DNA from: Alkalilimnicola ehrlichii MLHE-1
GTDB taxonomy: Bacteria; Pseudomonadota; Gammaproteobacteria; Nitrococcales; Halorhodospiraceae
Assembly (NCBI RefSeq): GCF_000014785.1
Contig: NC_008340.1
Span: 690,001-722,000, forward strand
Reading direction: 5' to 3'
DNA length: 32,000 nt
A program made the position numbers and the translations under genes. Shown piece by piece: positions 14,043 through 25,590 of this stretch. Position 1 is the first letter of the stretch, and every line of letters begins with the position of its first letter. Below the pieces are notes generated by a model. The model was not told the DNA's origin. It saw only the letters and a program-made list of their open reading frames with translations, and did no database searches.

Positions 14043-16226
14043 TCAGGCGTGATCCGGGTCGTCCTGACCCGTCGGGCACGGGCAATCGGCGAGCGGGCAG
14101 TCGCCGTTCGGGCCCCGGTGGCATTGCACCACCAAGGCGGCATCTTGCCCGGCCGCCTGACGCAGCTGGTCGGGTGCCAGCGTTCGTGCGTCGAGCAAGG
14201 CCTCCGGTCCAGCACCGGCCTCGCCGTATTGAACCTCCGGGACGGCGTGGCCCGGCAACAACGGCACCGCTGCCTGCTGGGCGCTCCCGGAGCCTGGTCG
14301 GCCCCCGGAGTTCATGCGGATGCCGGGGCCACTGAGGGTGATGCCGGAGGGGTCGAGCTTGATGAAACTGCCGCCCGCCTGGAGGGTGATCTCGGCACCG
14401 GCGTCGAGAACGACCTTGTTGCCCGCGCTGTAATGGACCTCGCGGCCCGTTTCAACGAGTTGAGAGGTGCCGAAGCGCTGATGCAGCGTGCCCTCCACGG
14501 TGAGATGCTGATCACCGGCAGTGCGCTCGCGCCGCTCGCCCTGCACGGTGAGGTGCTCGTCGCCGTGGATCTCCGCGAGCCGGTCGCCGTGGACGCCCAG
14601 GTGGCTGTGCCGGCCGATGGTCTCGGAGCGGTCGTTGCGGGTGTGCAGGTCGAGATCGCGCTGGGCGTGCAGGTGGATGCGCTCGGCGTCGCGGGCGTCC
14701 TCGAAGTGCAGTTCGTTGTAGCCCTCGCCGCCGTGGCTGCGACTGCGCAGCACGCTGCGGGTCTTGTGCTCGGGCAGCGGATAGGGCGGGGTGTTGTGGC
14801 CCTCGTAGACCCGGCCGGTGATCACCGGCTGATCCGGGTCGCCGGCCAGGAAGTCGACGATCACCGCATGGCCCACCCGGGGCAGGAACAGCCCGCCGTA
14901 GCCGGGCCCGGCCCAGGGCTGGGCGACGCGCAGCCAGGCGCTGGCGTGCTCGTCGTCGGCGGCGTAGCGGTCCCAGGGGAAACGGACCTTGACCCGGCCG
15001 TGCTCATCGCAGTGGATCGCCTCCCCCTCGGGGCCCACCACCCGGGCGATCTGCGGGCCTTCCATCCGCGGGCCGGCGTCCGGGTCGTGGGGCGGGCGCC
15101 AGTCGGTGTCGGCGGGCACAAGGGTGAGCCGGTTGTTCAGCCGGGCCACGCCTGCGGCTGCATCGCCCTTGCCCTCGGCGGCCAGCAGCACGGCGTCCTC
15201 TTCCAGCGCGGCGGGCTGGCGGGCGGTGTGGCGGGCGCCGACCACCTGCCAGTCGCGGCGCCGTTCGCCGGCGTCGTGGCCATCGAGGGTGAAGCGCACG
15301 CCGGGGCGCAGCTCGGCAATATCGCTCTCGGCCTCGGCGGTGTGGGCGTCGGCGCGCAACTGGCCGAGCCGGACCCGGGTGAAGGCCCGGCCGCTGGTCT
15401 CGGTCTTAAACCGGCCGGGGTGGTCGTAGTGCTCGTAGGGGGTGGCCCCCGACTCGGCGCCATCATGCCCGGCTGCCCCGTCCACCGCCTGCGCGTGGAT
15501 CAGCCGCCGCCGGGGGGTGCGGAAATGGCGATCCTCCAGGGTGGCGCGCTGCGCGCGCACCCGGTGGGCCTCGCGCAGGGTGTGCACATGACGGCCCTCG
15601 GCTACGCCGCCGGCGCGGGGGCGGTAGACCCATTCGCCCGCCTGCCCCAACCCCCGATGGGTATCGGTGAACACCGGGCGGTGGCCGCCCTCGGGGGTGT
15701 CGTCGAACTCGTGGAAGTAGACGATGCCCAACTCGGCGGCAAGCCGCTGGACAAAGGCCAGGTCGCTCTCCCGGTACTGCACCAGGTACTCGCGGGGCTC
15801 GGGGCGGTGGCGGACGGCGAAGGCGGCGTCGGTGATGCCATGTTCCGAAAGCAGGGTGTGGAGGACATCCAGCGGGCAGGCGTGCTGGAAGATGCGGGCG
15901 TTGCGGCGCAGGGCAAGGCGCCAGAGGGCGGGGCGGACGACCAGTTGGTAGGCGGTGCGCCGGGCGCCGGTGCGGCCGCGCTGGAACTCGGTGACCACGC
16001 CGTGGACCCGGCGGGTGACGCGGCCGGCCTGATGGATGGCCAGTGCCAGGCCCTGCTCAAGCCAGTCGTCGGGGGCGAGATCGGGCGAGGGGTGGACCAG
16101 GTCCAGGGTCAGGGTGAAGGGCCGGGAGAGGTGCTCATCCAGGGTGAACCCGGTGACCCGGGGCAGGTCGGCCTCCGCCACGCCGGGGCGCGAGAGGGCG
16201 AGGTACAGTCCGTTGTCCGTTTGCAT
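14043..16226 (-). CDS. vgrG: Type VI secretion spike protein VgrG (727 aa) with a short Cys-rich C-terminal tail
   Basis: The N-terminus (RVTGFTLDEHLSRPFTLTLDL) is typical of the gp27-like domain. The gp5-like OB and beta-helix region follows (PRMEGPQIARVVGPEGEAIHCDEHGRVKVRFPWDR; WLRVAQPWAGPGYGGLFLPRVGHAVIVDFLAGDPDQPVITGRVYEG). Repetitive H-x-x-V motifs and ITLSGPGIRMN occur near the end. Confidence 0.9.
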   Translation of the reverse strand: MQTDNGLYLALSRPGVAEADLPRVTGFTLDEHLSRPFTLTLDLVHPSPDLAPDDWLEQGLALAIHQAGRVTRRVHGVVTEFQRGRTGARRTAYQLVVRPALWRLALRRNARIFQHACPLDVLHTLLSEHGITDAAFAVRHRPEPREYLVQYRESDLAFVQRLAAELGIVYFHEFDDTPEGGHRPVFTDTHRGLGQAGEWVYRPRAGGVAEGRHVHTLREAHRVRAQRATLEDRHFRTPRRRLIHAQAVDGAAGHDGAESGATPYEHYDHPGRFKTETSGRAFTRVRLGQLRADAHTAEAESDIAELRPGVRFTLDGHDAGERRRDWQVVGARHTARQPAALEEDAVLLAAEGKGDAAAGVARLNNRLTLVPADTDWRPPHDPDAGPRMEGPQIARVVGPEGEAIHCDEHGRVKVRFPWDRYAADDEHASAWLRVAQPWAGPGYGGLFLPRVGHAVIVDFLAGDPDQPVITGRVYEGHNTPPYPLPEHKTRSVLRSRSHGGEGYNELHFEDARDAERIHLHAQRDLDLHTRNDRSETIGRHSHLGVHGDRLAEIHGDEHLTVQGERRERTAGDQHLTVEGTLHQRFGTSQLVETGREVHYSAGNKVVLDAGAEITLQAGGSFIKLDPSGITLSGPGIRMNSGGRPGSGSAQQAAVPLLPGHAVPEVQYGEAGAGPEALLDARTLAPDQLRQAAGQDAALVVQCHRGPNGDCPLADCPCPTGQDDPDHA

Positions 16227-16262
16227 GGCCAGTCCGTTGGCATGGGGAATCCGTAGTCGATT

Positions 16263-16292
16263 AGCCTAGGAGGGTGCCTTTTGGCTTGTCAA
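16263..16292 (-). promoter_or_regulatory. Candidate sigma-70 promoter for the vgrG module
   Basis: On the minus strand there is a perfect -35 TTGACA (16292-16287), an 18-nt spacer and TAGGCT (16268-16263). This lies about 35-65 nt upstream of the vgrG ATG, in the 153-nt gap after the efflux operon. Motif match only. Confidence 0.35.
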
Positions 16293-16379
16293 GGCATCGA
16301 CCGTCCGGGTGGTTTCCGCTGCATGGGCGGCGTGCCTGGCTGCCCGGAGGGCCGGTGTACGGCCCGGCGATCCACCGGA

Positions 16380-17950
16380 TCAGCGCCCCATGGCCTGAAT
16401 GCCGCGCCGCTCCAGCAGGGAGCCGTCCAGACGGTAAAGCTCGACCAGGGCCTGGCGGTAGCCGATTTCAGCGGCCTGTCGGTCCACCTGGGCCTGTAGC
16501 AGGTCGCGTTGCGCCTGCGAGAGGGCGAAAGCGGTGGCCTGGCCCACCTCAAAGCGGGCGCTCTCGGCCCGCAGGCGCTCCTCCTGGGCGGCAACGGTGG
16601 CCATGGTGGCTGCGATCTGCGCCTGGCTGCGGTCGACCTCCAGCCAGGCGGCCTGCACGTCCATCTGCACTAGGCGGGTCAGGTTGTCGATGCCGAGCAG
16701 GGCCTGTTCCCGTTGTAACCCGGCCTGGCGGTGTTCGGCCTGACCGGCCCGGCGGCCCAGGGGGTGTTCCACCCGAAGGCCTGCCACGGCGTCATAGCTG
16801 CGGCCGTCCAGTTCCTGCACCGCTGAACCGAAGGAGTCGGCAAAGCCGCTCTTGCCCAGGGTGACGAAAAGATCCAGCCGCGGCAGCAGGCCGTTGCGGG
16901 TGCGCACCAGCTCCAGCTCATTGCGCTCCAGAAGCAGCCGGGCCTCGCGCAGTTCGGCCCGGTGCTCCAGGGCGAGCAGCAGGTGGTTGGCCACCGGCTC
17001 CGGCTCGGTGTCCCCGGGCAGCGCGGGGGCGGTCTCCGGGGTCAGCTCCGGGGCCTCGCCCGGGGCGTAGTCGGTCCCGGTCAGTTGCAGTAGCTCCAGT
17101 CGCGCCAGGTCGCGCCGGTTGCGGGCGTCGATCAATTCCTGCCGGCGGAGCGCGGCCTCCGCCTCCAGCGGGGCCAGTTCGGTCTCCGACAGGTCCCCCA
17201 GCCGGATCCGTTCCCGTGTGCGCTCGATCTGTTCCCCGGCCAGCGCCAGCGAGGCTTCGAACAACCCGATCTCGCGTTCCGCCTGCACCAAGTCCCAGTA
17301 GGTGCTCTCCACGTCGGCGATCAGGGCCTCGGTAAAGCCACGCAGTTCGTACGCCGAGCGCAGGGTGTCGAGCTCGGCCTGCTGGACGCGCACGAGGTTC
17401 ACGTCGCGGCCGCGGCCCTGCAGCAGGGGCTGGTTGAGGGTGAGGTTGAGCCGGGAGCGGTGCAGGGCGGTGCCGTCCCGGGCATCTGGGGCGTCGCTCT
17501 CGCTTAGCCGCCGGTCCTGGGTGACGCCCAGTTCCACCTCGGTGCCGGGGGCGAACTGCTGGCGGACGCCGGCGCGCACGTTTTCGCGCTCGCTCTCCAC
17601 GGCAAAGCGGTCGCCGCGGCGGTCATCCAGGCGGTCCTCCCGGTCGCGGCGCACGCTCAGCTCGGCGAAGAGCTCCGGGTCGAAGACCGCCCGCTCGATC
17701 TCCTGGAAGGTGGCGGCGATCTCCGGCTCCAGGCGCTCGGAGCGCAGTGCGGGGTTGGATTCCAGGGCGCGCAGGACCGCCTCCTCCAGGGTGAGGGGCT
17801 CGGCCTGTACGCCGCTGGCGAGCAGCGCCGCCAGGACGGCCAGAAGGCCGGTGCGCAACGGCCCCCACCGGCGCCGGGGCCGGTTCACGGGGGCGCCCGG
17901 GCGGGCCGGTGCAACGAGCGGGCCGGGGTGGCCCGGGTGGCGATCCTGGG

Positions 17951-17954
<4 letters not shown>
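16380..17954 (-). CDS. TolC-family outer-membrane efflux factor (524 aa)
   Basis: A signal-like LLAVLAALLASGVQA is followed by PLTLEEAVLRALESNPAL, and two repeated coiled-coil halves are typical of OEP/TolC proteins. The start overlaps the RND stop (ATGA at 17951-17954). Confidence 0.85.
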
Positions 17955-21030
<3,076 letters not shown>

Positions 21031-21034
<4 letters not shown>

Positions 21035-22260
21035 CCTTCCTGCTCCTCGTCCTGGCGGGCCAGCGCATCGGTCAGCCGTTCCGGCCGCAGCGGGCTGCCG
21101 TCCCGGATCAGGTGCTGGCCGAGGGTGACCACATTGCCCTGCAACGCCGGGCTGAGGATCTGTACCCGGTCGCCGTCCCGCACCCCGGTGGTGACGGTGT
21201 GGTAACGGGCCCGCGGCGGCTGGTCGTCGCCCACATCCTCATCCACCAGGAAGATACCCACCTCATCGCCACGTCGCACCAAGGCGTCGCGGGGCACCCA
21301 GAGGGCGTCCCGGGTCTCGCCGACGGTGATGTGGAGACGGGCGAAGAGTCCGGGCTGCAGCCGGCCCTCCGGGTTGGGGACGGTCAGCTCCAGCCGGGCC
21401 TGGCGGCTGCCGGGACTGAAGCGCGGTGCCAGCCGGTGGACGGTGGCGGGGAAGTCCTCGCCGGGATGGGTGTCCACCCGGAGACGGGCGGCCTGGCCGG
21501 GGTTCAGGTGGGCGTAGTCCCGTTCGGTGACGAAGCCCACGGCGCGCAGGGTGCGGGTGTCCATCAGCGAGACCACCGGGTCGCCGGCGTTCAGCGCGGC
21601 GCCCTCGTCCCGATAGCGCTCGCCCACCACCCGGGTCTCGCCGCCGCCCTCCCAGTCGGCGCGGATCTCGGTCCAGGACAGGCGTACCCGGGCGGCGGCC
21701 AGGGCGGCCTCCCGCTGGGCAATCTGGGCCCGGGCCAGTTGCTCGCGGCTCTGCTCGGCGGCCACCCGCGCCTCGGCGGCCTCCAGCTCCGCCTGGGAGG
21801 CCACCTGACGCTCGCGCAGGGCGCGGGTACGGTCCAGCTCCTTGCGCGCGGAGGCCAGCGCGGCGCGGGTCTCGGCGAGCTGGGCCCGGGCCACGTCACG
21901 GGCGGCCAGGGCCTCGGCCACGGCCTGTTCCTGCTCCTCGCTGTCCAGACGGGCGATGAGTTCGCCGTGCTCCACCGTATCGCCGATGTCCACTCGCAAT
22001 TGGCGCAGCCGGCCGCCGGTGCGCGCCGCCAGGTCGAACTGATTAGCCGCCTCCAGGCTGCCGGTGAAACGGCGCACATCCTCCAGCGGGCCGCGGGTCA
22101 GCGGGGCGGTCTCGACTGCCACCGGTTGCGCCGCACGCTCGCCGGTCAGACCGGGGCCGGCGCCGTCGGGGCCGGTGAGGTGCAGGGCGTAGAGCCCGAG
22201 GGCGGTGATAAGCAACGCGGGCAGCCACCAGCGTAGGGCCTTTATCAGGGCGGATTTCAT
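21031..22260 (-). CDS. RND efflux periplasmic adaptor (membrane fusion protein, 409 aa)
   Basis: An N-terminal anchor WWLPALLITALGLYAL is followed by lipoyl/hairpin segments (coiled-coil AEALAARDVARAQLAETRAAL...) and a beta-barrel C-terminal half. It is the first gene of the three-gene operon. Confidence 0.85.
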
Positions 22261-22510
22261 GGGTTTGTCTTGATCCCCCGGGGGCTTCGGGTGTCACCAC
22301 CATTAGAGCAATGGCGGGTAATGTCACTGTTGCATGATTGTGTCGGAATGTAACGGGGGGCGAGTCGTGGGCCGTGCCCGGATCCCGCTGCGTTGGATCA
22401 TCCGGAGGCGGTCGGGGTTCCCGCCGGCCGGGGCTGCGTTACTGGCACTTCCTGGCGCAGCCGGTACAATGCCGCACTGCAATGCCACCGGGTTGGCCAG
22501 GGAGTGACCC

Positions 22511-23956
22511 GTGCACTGGAGAACCATCCTGCGAATCACCAGCCTGCTGGTGGTCATCTTTAGTTTCAACTTTATCCCGCCACTGGGGGTGTCGCTATTC
22601 TATGGCGATGGCCAGTGGGGGACCTTCGGGTTGAGCTGGCTCATTGTCGCCGTGCTCGGGGTGCTGTTCTGGTTGCCGGTGCGCGCCGACCGCAAGGACC
22701 TGATGGTCCGTGATGGCTTCCTGGTCGTCGCCCTCTTCTGGAGTGTGCTGGGGCTGGTGGGGTCGCTGCCCTTCATGTTCGGCCTGGGCATGACGCCCAC
22801 CGATGCGGTGTTCGAGTCCATCTCCGGGTTCACCACCACCGGGGCCACGGTCATCGTCGGTCTGGATGACCTGCCGCGCTCCATCCTCTATTACCGCCAA
22901 CAGCTCCAGTGGCTGGGCGGGATGGGTGTGGTGGTGCTGGCCGTGGCCATTCTGCCGATGCTCGGCATCGGGGGGATGCAGCTCTACCGCGCCGAGGTTT
23001 CGCGGGTGACCGCCGACGAGAAGCTCACCCCGCGGCTGATGCATACCGCCCGCGCCCTCTGGGCCATCTACCTGACGCTCACCGTGGCCTGCGCGCTGGC
23101 CTACTGGCTGGCGGGCATGACGCCTTTCGATGCCATCGGGCACGCGTACTCAACGGTGGCGACGGCGGGCTATTCCACCCACGATGCCAGCATCGGCTAC
23201 TTCAACAGCGTGACCATCGAACTGATTGCGGTGGTTTTCATGCTGCTGGGCGGGATGAACTTCGCGCTGCACTTCCTGGTCTGGCGCTCGCGCGATCCCC
23301 GGGTCTATCTGCGCACCCCTGAGGCGCGCTTCTTCCTGGGGCTGTTTCTGGCGGCTACGGTGGTGATCGCCAGTGCGCTGGTCTTCATGTCCACCTACGA
23401 GTCGGTATGGGACGCGGTGCGCTATGCCCTGTTCCAGACGGCCTCAGTGCTCACCACCAGCGGGTTCTCCACGGCGGTGTTCGCGGAATGGCCGTTGTAT
23501 ATCCCCCTGGTGCTCGCCAGCCTGTCCTTCATCGGCGGTTGTGCCGGCTCCACCGCCGGGGGGATGAAGGTGATTCGCATCATGCTGCTGTTTAAGCAGG
23601 GCGCGCGTGAGGTGAACGCCACCATCCATCCGCATGGGGTCTATCGGGTGAAACTGGGAGACCGGGCGGTGCCCGAGCAGGTGGTGCAGGCGGTGTGGGG
23701 CTTCTATACGGTCTATATCCTGGCGGCGCTGGTGCTCACCGGGTTGAATATGGCCATGGGCCTGGATATGGAAAGCGCCTTCGGCGCCACCATCGCCTCC
23801 CTCAACCTACTGGGTCCGGGGCTTGGCGAGGTGGCGACCACCTTCGCCCTCCAGCCCGACCCGATCAAATGGATGGCCAGCTTCGCCATGCTGCTCGGGC
23901 GGCTGGAGGTCTTCACCCTGCTGATTCTGTTCACATTCGCCTTCTGGCGAAACTGA
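22511..23956 (+). CDS. trkH: Trk-type potassium uptake protein TrkH (481 aa)
   Basis: GTG start gives MHWRTILRITSLLVVIFS..., closely parallel to the enterobacterial TrkH N-terminus. Repeated M1-P-M2 units carry GFTTTGATV, TVATAGYST and LTTSGFST selectivity-filter-like motifs. Confidence 0.9.
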   Translation: MHWRTILRITSLLVVIFSFNFIPPLGVSLFYGDGQWGTFGLSWLIVAVLGVLFWLPVRADRKDLMVRDGFLVVALFWSVLGLVGSLPFMFGLGMTPTDAVFESISGFTTTGATVIVGLDDLPRSILYYRQQLQWLGGMGVVVLAVAILPMLGIGGMQLYRAEVSRVTADEKLTPRLMHTARALWAIYLTLTVACALAYWLAGMTPFDAIGHAYSTVATAGYSTHDASIGYFNSVTIELIAVVFMLLGGMNFALHFLVWRSRDPRVYLRTPEARFFLGLFLAATVVIASALVFMSTYESVWDAVRYALFQTASVLTTSGFSTAVFAEWPLYIPLVLASLSFIGGCAGSTAGGMKVIRIMLLFKQGAREVNATIHPHGVYRVKLGDRAVPEQVVQAVWGFYTVYILAALVLTGLNMAMGLDMESAFGATIASLNLLGPGLGEVATTFALQPDPIKWMASFAMLLGRLEVFTLLILFTFAFWRN

Positions 23957-23991
23957 ACGCGCTTCCGGGAAAGGCGCGGTGCCGGGGCCGT

Positions 23992-24127
23992 CGTTGTGCT
24001 GGGGGCGGAGGGGGCGTGATTACGGTTCAGGGGTTTAAGCGGCAGGGATGCCGCTTAAAAGCCCCCATGGACGGGTTCACGGCGTCCCCTGAACCGTAAT
24101 CACGCCCCCTCCGCCCCCAGCACAACG
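23992..24127. repeat. 136-bp composite palindromic element: perfect 42-bp inverted arms enclosing a 10-bp-stem inner hairpin
   Basis: Arm CGTTGTGCTGGGGGCGGAGGGGGCGTGATTACGGTTCAGGGG (23992-24033) is the exact reverse complement of 24086-24127. The inner hairpin is TTTAAGCGGC-AGGGAT-GCCGCTTAAA (24034-24059). It lies in the trkH-glgC intergenic region. Confidence 0.85.
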
Positions 24128-24231
24128 GCGACGTGACACGGGGGCGCGCGTTGGCAGGGGTGACGGCGGCCGGTATCCTTACGGGTGCCCTGGGCCGGCG
24201 GGGCGAAACCCCTATCAGCAAGAGGTCGCTC

Positions 24232-25503
24232 ATGTTCCTGGAATGCAACCCCCGCTTCGTCAGCCGCCTCACCCGGGATACGCTGGCGCTGATCATGGCC
24301 GGGGGGCGCGGGGGGCGGCTGTCCAACCTCACCGACTGGCGGACCAAGCCGGCGGTACCCTTCGGCGGCAAGTTCCGGCTCATCGACTTCCCCCTGTCCA
24401 ACTGCATCAACTCCGGCATCCGCCGCATTGAGGTGCTCACCCAGTACAAGGCCCACTCGCTCATCCAGCACATCCAGCGCGGTTGGGGCTTCCTGCGCGG
24501 CGAGTTCGGCGAGTTCGTGGAGCTGGTGCCGGCGCAGCAGCGCATGGACAAGCCGCTCTGGTATGCCGGCACGGCGGATGCGGTCTACCAGAACATCGAC
24601 ATCATCAAGGCGCACAACCCCAGCTACGTGCTGGTGCTGGCCGGCGACCACGTCTACAAAATGGACTACGGCGGCATGATCGCCCGCCACGCCGAGTCCG
24701 GGGCGGCCATGACCGTGGGTTGCGTGGAGGTGCCGCGCAAGCGCGCCTCCGCCTTTGGGGTGATGAGCGTGAACGAAGAGCGCCAGGTGCTGGCCTTCAA
24801 CGAAAAGCCGAAGGACCCCACGCCCATGCCCGGAAACCCGGACCGAGCCCTCGTCTCGATGGGGATCTACGTCTTCGACCGCGACTACCTCTTCCAGCTA
24901 CTGCGCGAGGATGCCGAGAATTTCGACTCCTCCCGCGATTTCGGCAAGGACGTCATCCCCAACGCCATCGCCAACCACAAGGTGCAGGCCTATCCGTTCA
25001 GCGATCCGGTCTCCGGTCAGCAGGCCTACTGGCGGGACGTGGGGACGGTGGACGCCTTCTTCCAGGCCAACATGGAGCTGATCGGCGAGGACCCCGAGCT
25101 CAACCTCTACGATGAGGAGTGGCCGATCTGGACCTACCAGGCGCAACTGCCGCCGGCGAAGTTCATCCAGGGGCGGGACGGCCGGCACGGTACGGCCATC
25201 AACTCCATGGTTTCCGGCGGCGATATCATCCACGGTGCCGAGGTGCGCGACTCGCTGCTCTTCTCCCAGGTGGTGGTGCAGCCTGGGGCCACGGTGCACG
25301 AGGCGGTGATCCTGCCCGATGTCCGGGTGGGGGAGGGTTGCCGGATCCGCAAGGCGGTGATCGACGAGGGTTGCCGGATTCCCGCCGGTACGGTGATCGG
25401 TGAGGATCCGGCCGAGGATCGGCGCCGCTTTTTTGTCACGCCGAAGGACGTGGTGCTGGTCACCGCCGAAATGCTGGGCCAGGAAGTCGCCCACGTCCGC
25501 TGA
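24232..25503 (+). CDS. glgC: Glucose-1-phosphate adenylyltransferase (423 aa)
   Basis: LALIMAGGRGGRLSNLTDWRTKPAVPFGGKFRLIDFPLSNCINSGIRRIEVLTQYKAHSL is the canonical GlgC N-terminus, and a left-handed beta-helix lies in the C-terminal half. ATG at 24232 is preceded by AAGAGG. The track's GTG at 24133 sits against the palindromic element. Confidence 0.9.
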   Translation: MFLECNPRFVSRLTRDTLALIMAGGRGGRLSNLTDWRTKPAVPFGGKFRLIDFPLSNCINSGIRRIEVLTQYKAHSLIQHIQRGWGFLRGEFGEFVELVPAQQRMDKPLWYAGTADAVYQNIDIIKAHNPSYVLVLAGDHVYKMDYGGMIARHAESGAAMTVGCVEVPRKRASAFGVMSVNEERQVLAFNEKPKDPTPMPGNPDRALVSMGIYVFDRDYLFQLLREDAENFDSSRDFGKDVIPNAIANHKVQAYPFSDPVSGQQAYWRDVGTVDAFFQANMELIGEDPELNLYDEEWPIWTYQAQLPPAKFIQGRDGRHGTAINSMVSGGDIIHGAEVRDSLLFSQVVVQPGATVHEAVILPDVRVGEGCRIRKAVIDEGCRIPAGTVIGEDPAEDRRRFFVTPKDVVLVTAEMLGQEVAHVR

Positions 25504-25590
25504 AGGCCGGCCCTTGCCAGGGATAGCTTAACGAGCCGCCGCCAACCCGCTACCCTGTGAATTCATCCACACGAGACGGGCAGGGCTTTG

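Noticed and set aside
14049-16256. 735-aa plus-strand ORF
   Set aside because: It is antisense to vgrG, whose product has unmistakable gp27/gp5-like motifs. This is a typical high-G+C open antisense frame.
22443-22470. Sigma-54-like TGGCAC and a TACAAT -10 box upstream of trkH
   Set aside because: The -12 element does not fit: GGCG occupies the position where TTGC is expected. TACAAT has no acceptable -35 at 16-18 nt, so this is a motif hit without support.
24133-24231. Upstream GTG start for glgC
   Set aside because: It would add 33 residues not seen in GlgC proteins and begins immediately beside the palindromic element. The ATG at 24232 has an AAGAGG RBS and gives the canonical N-terminus.
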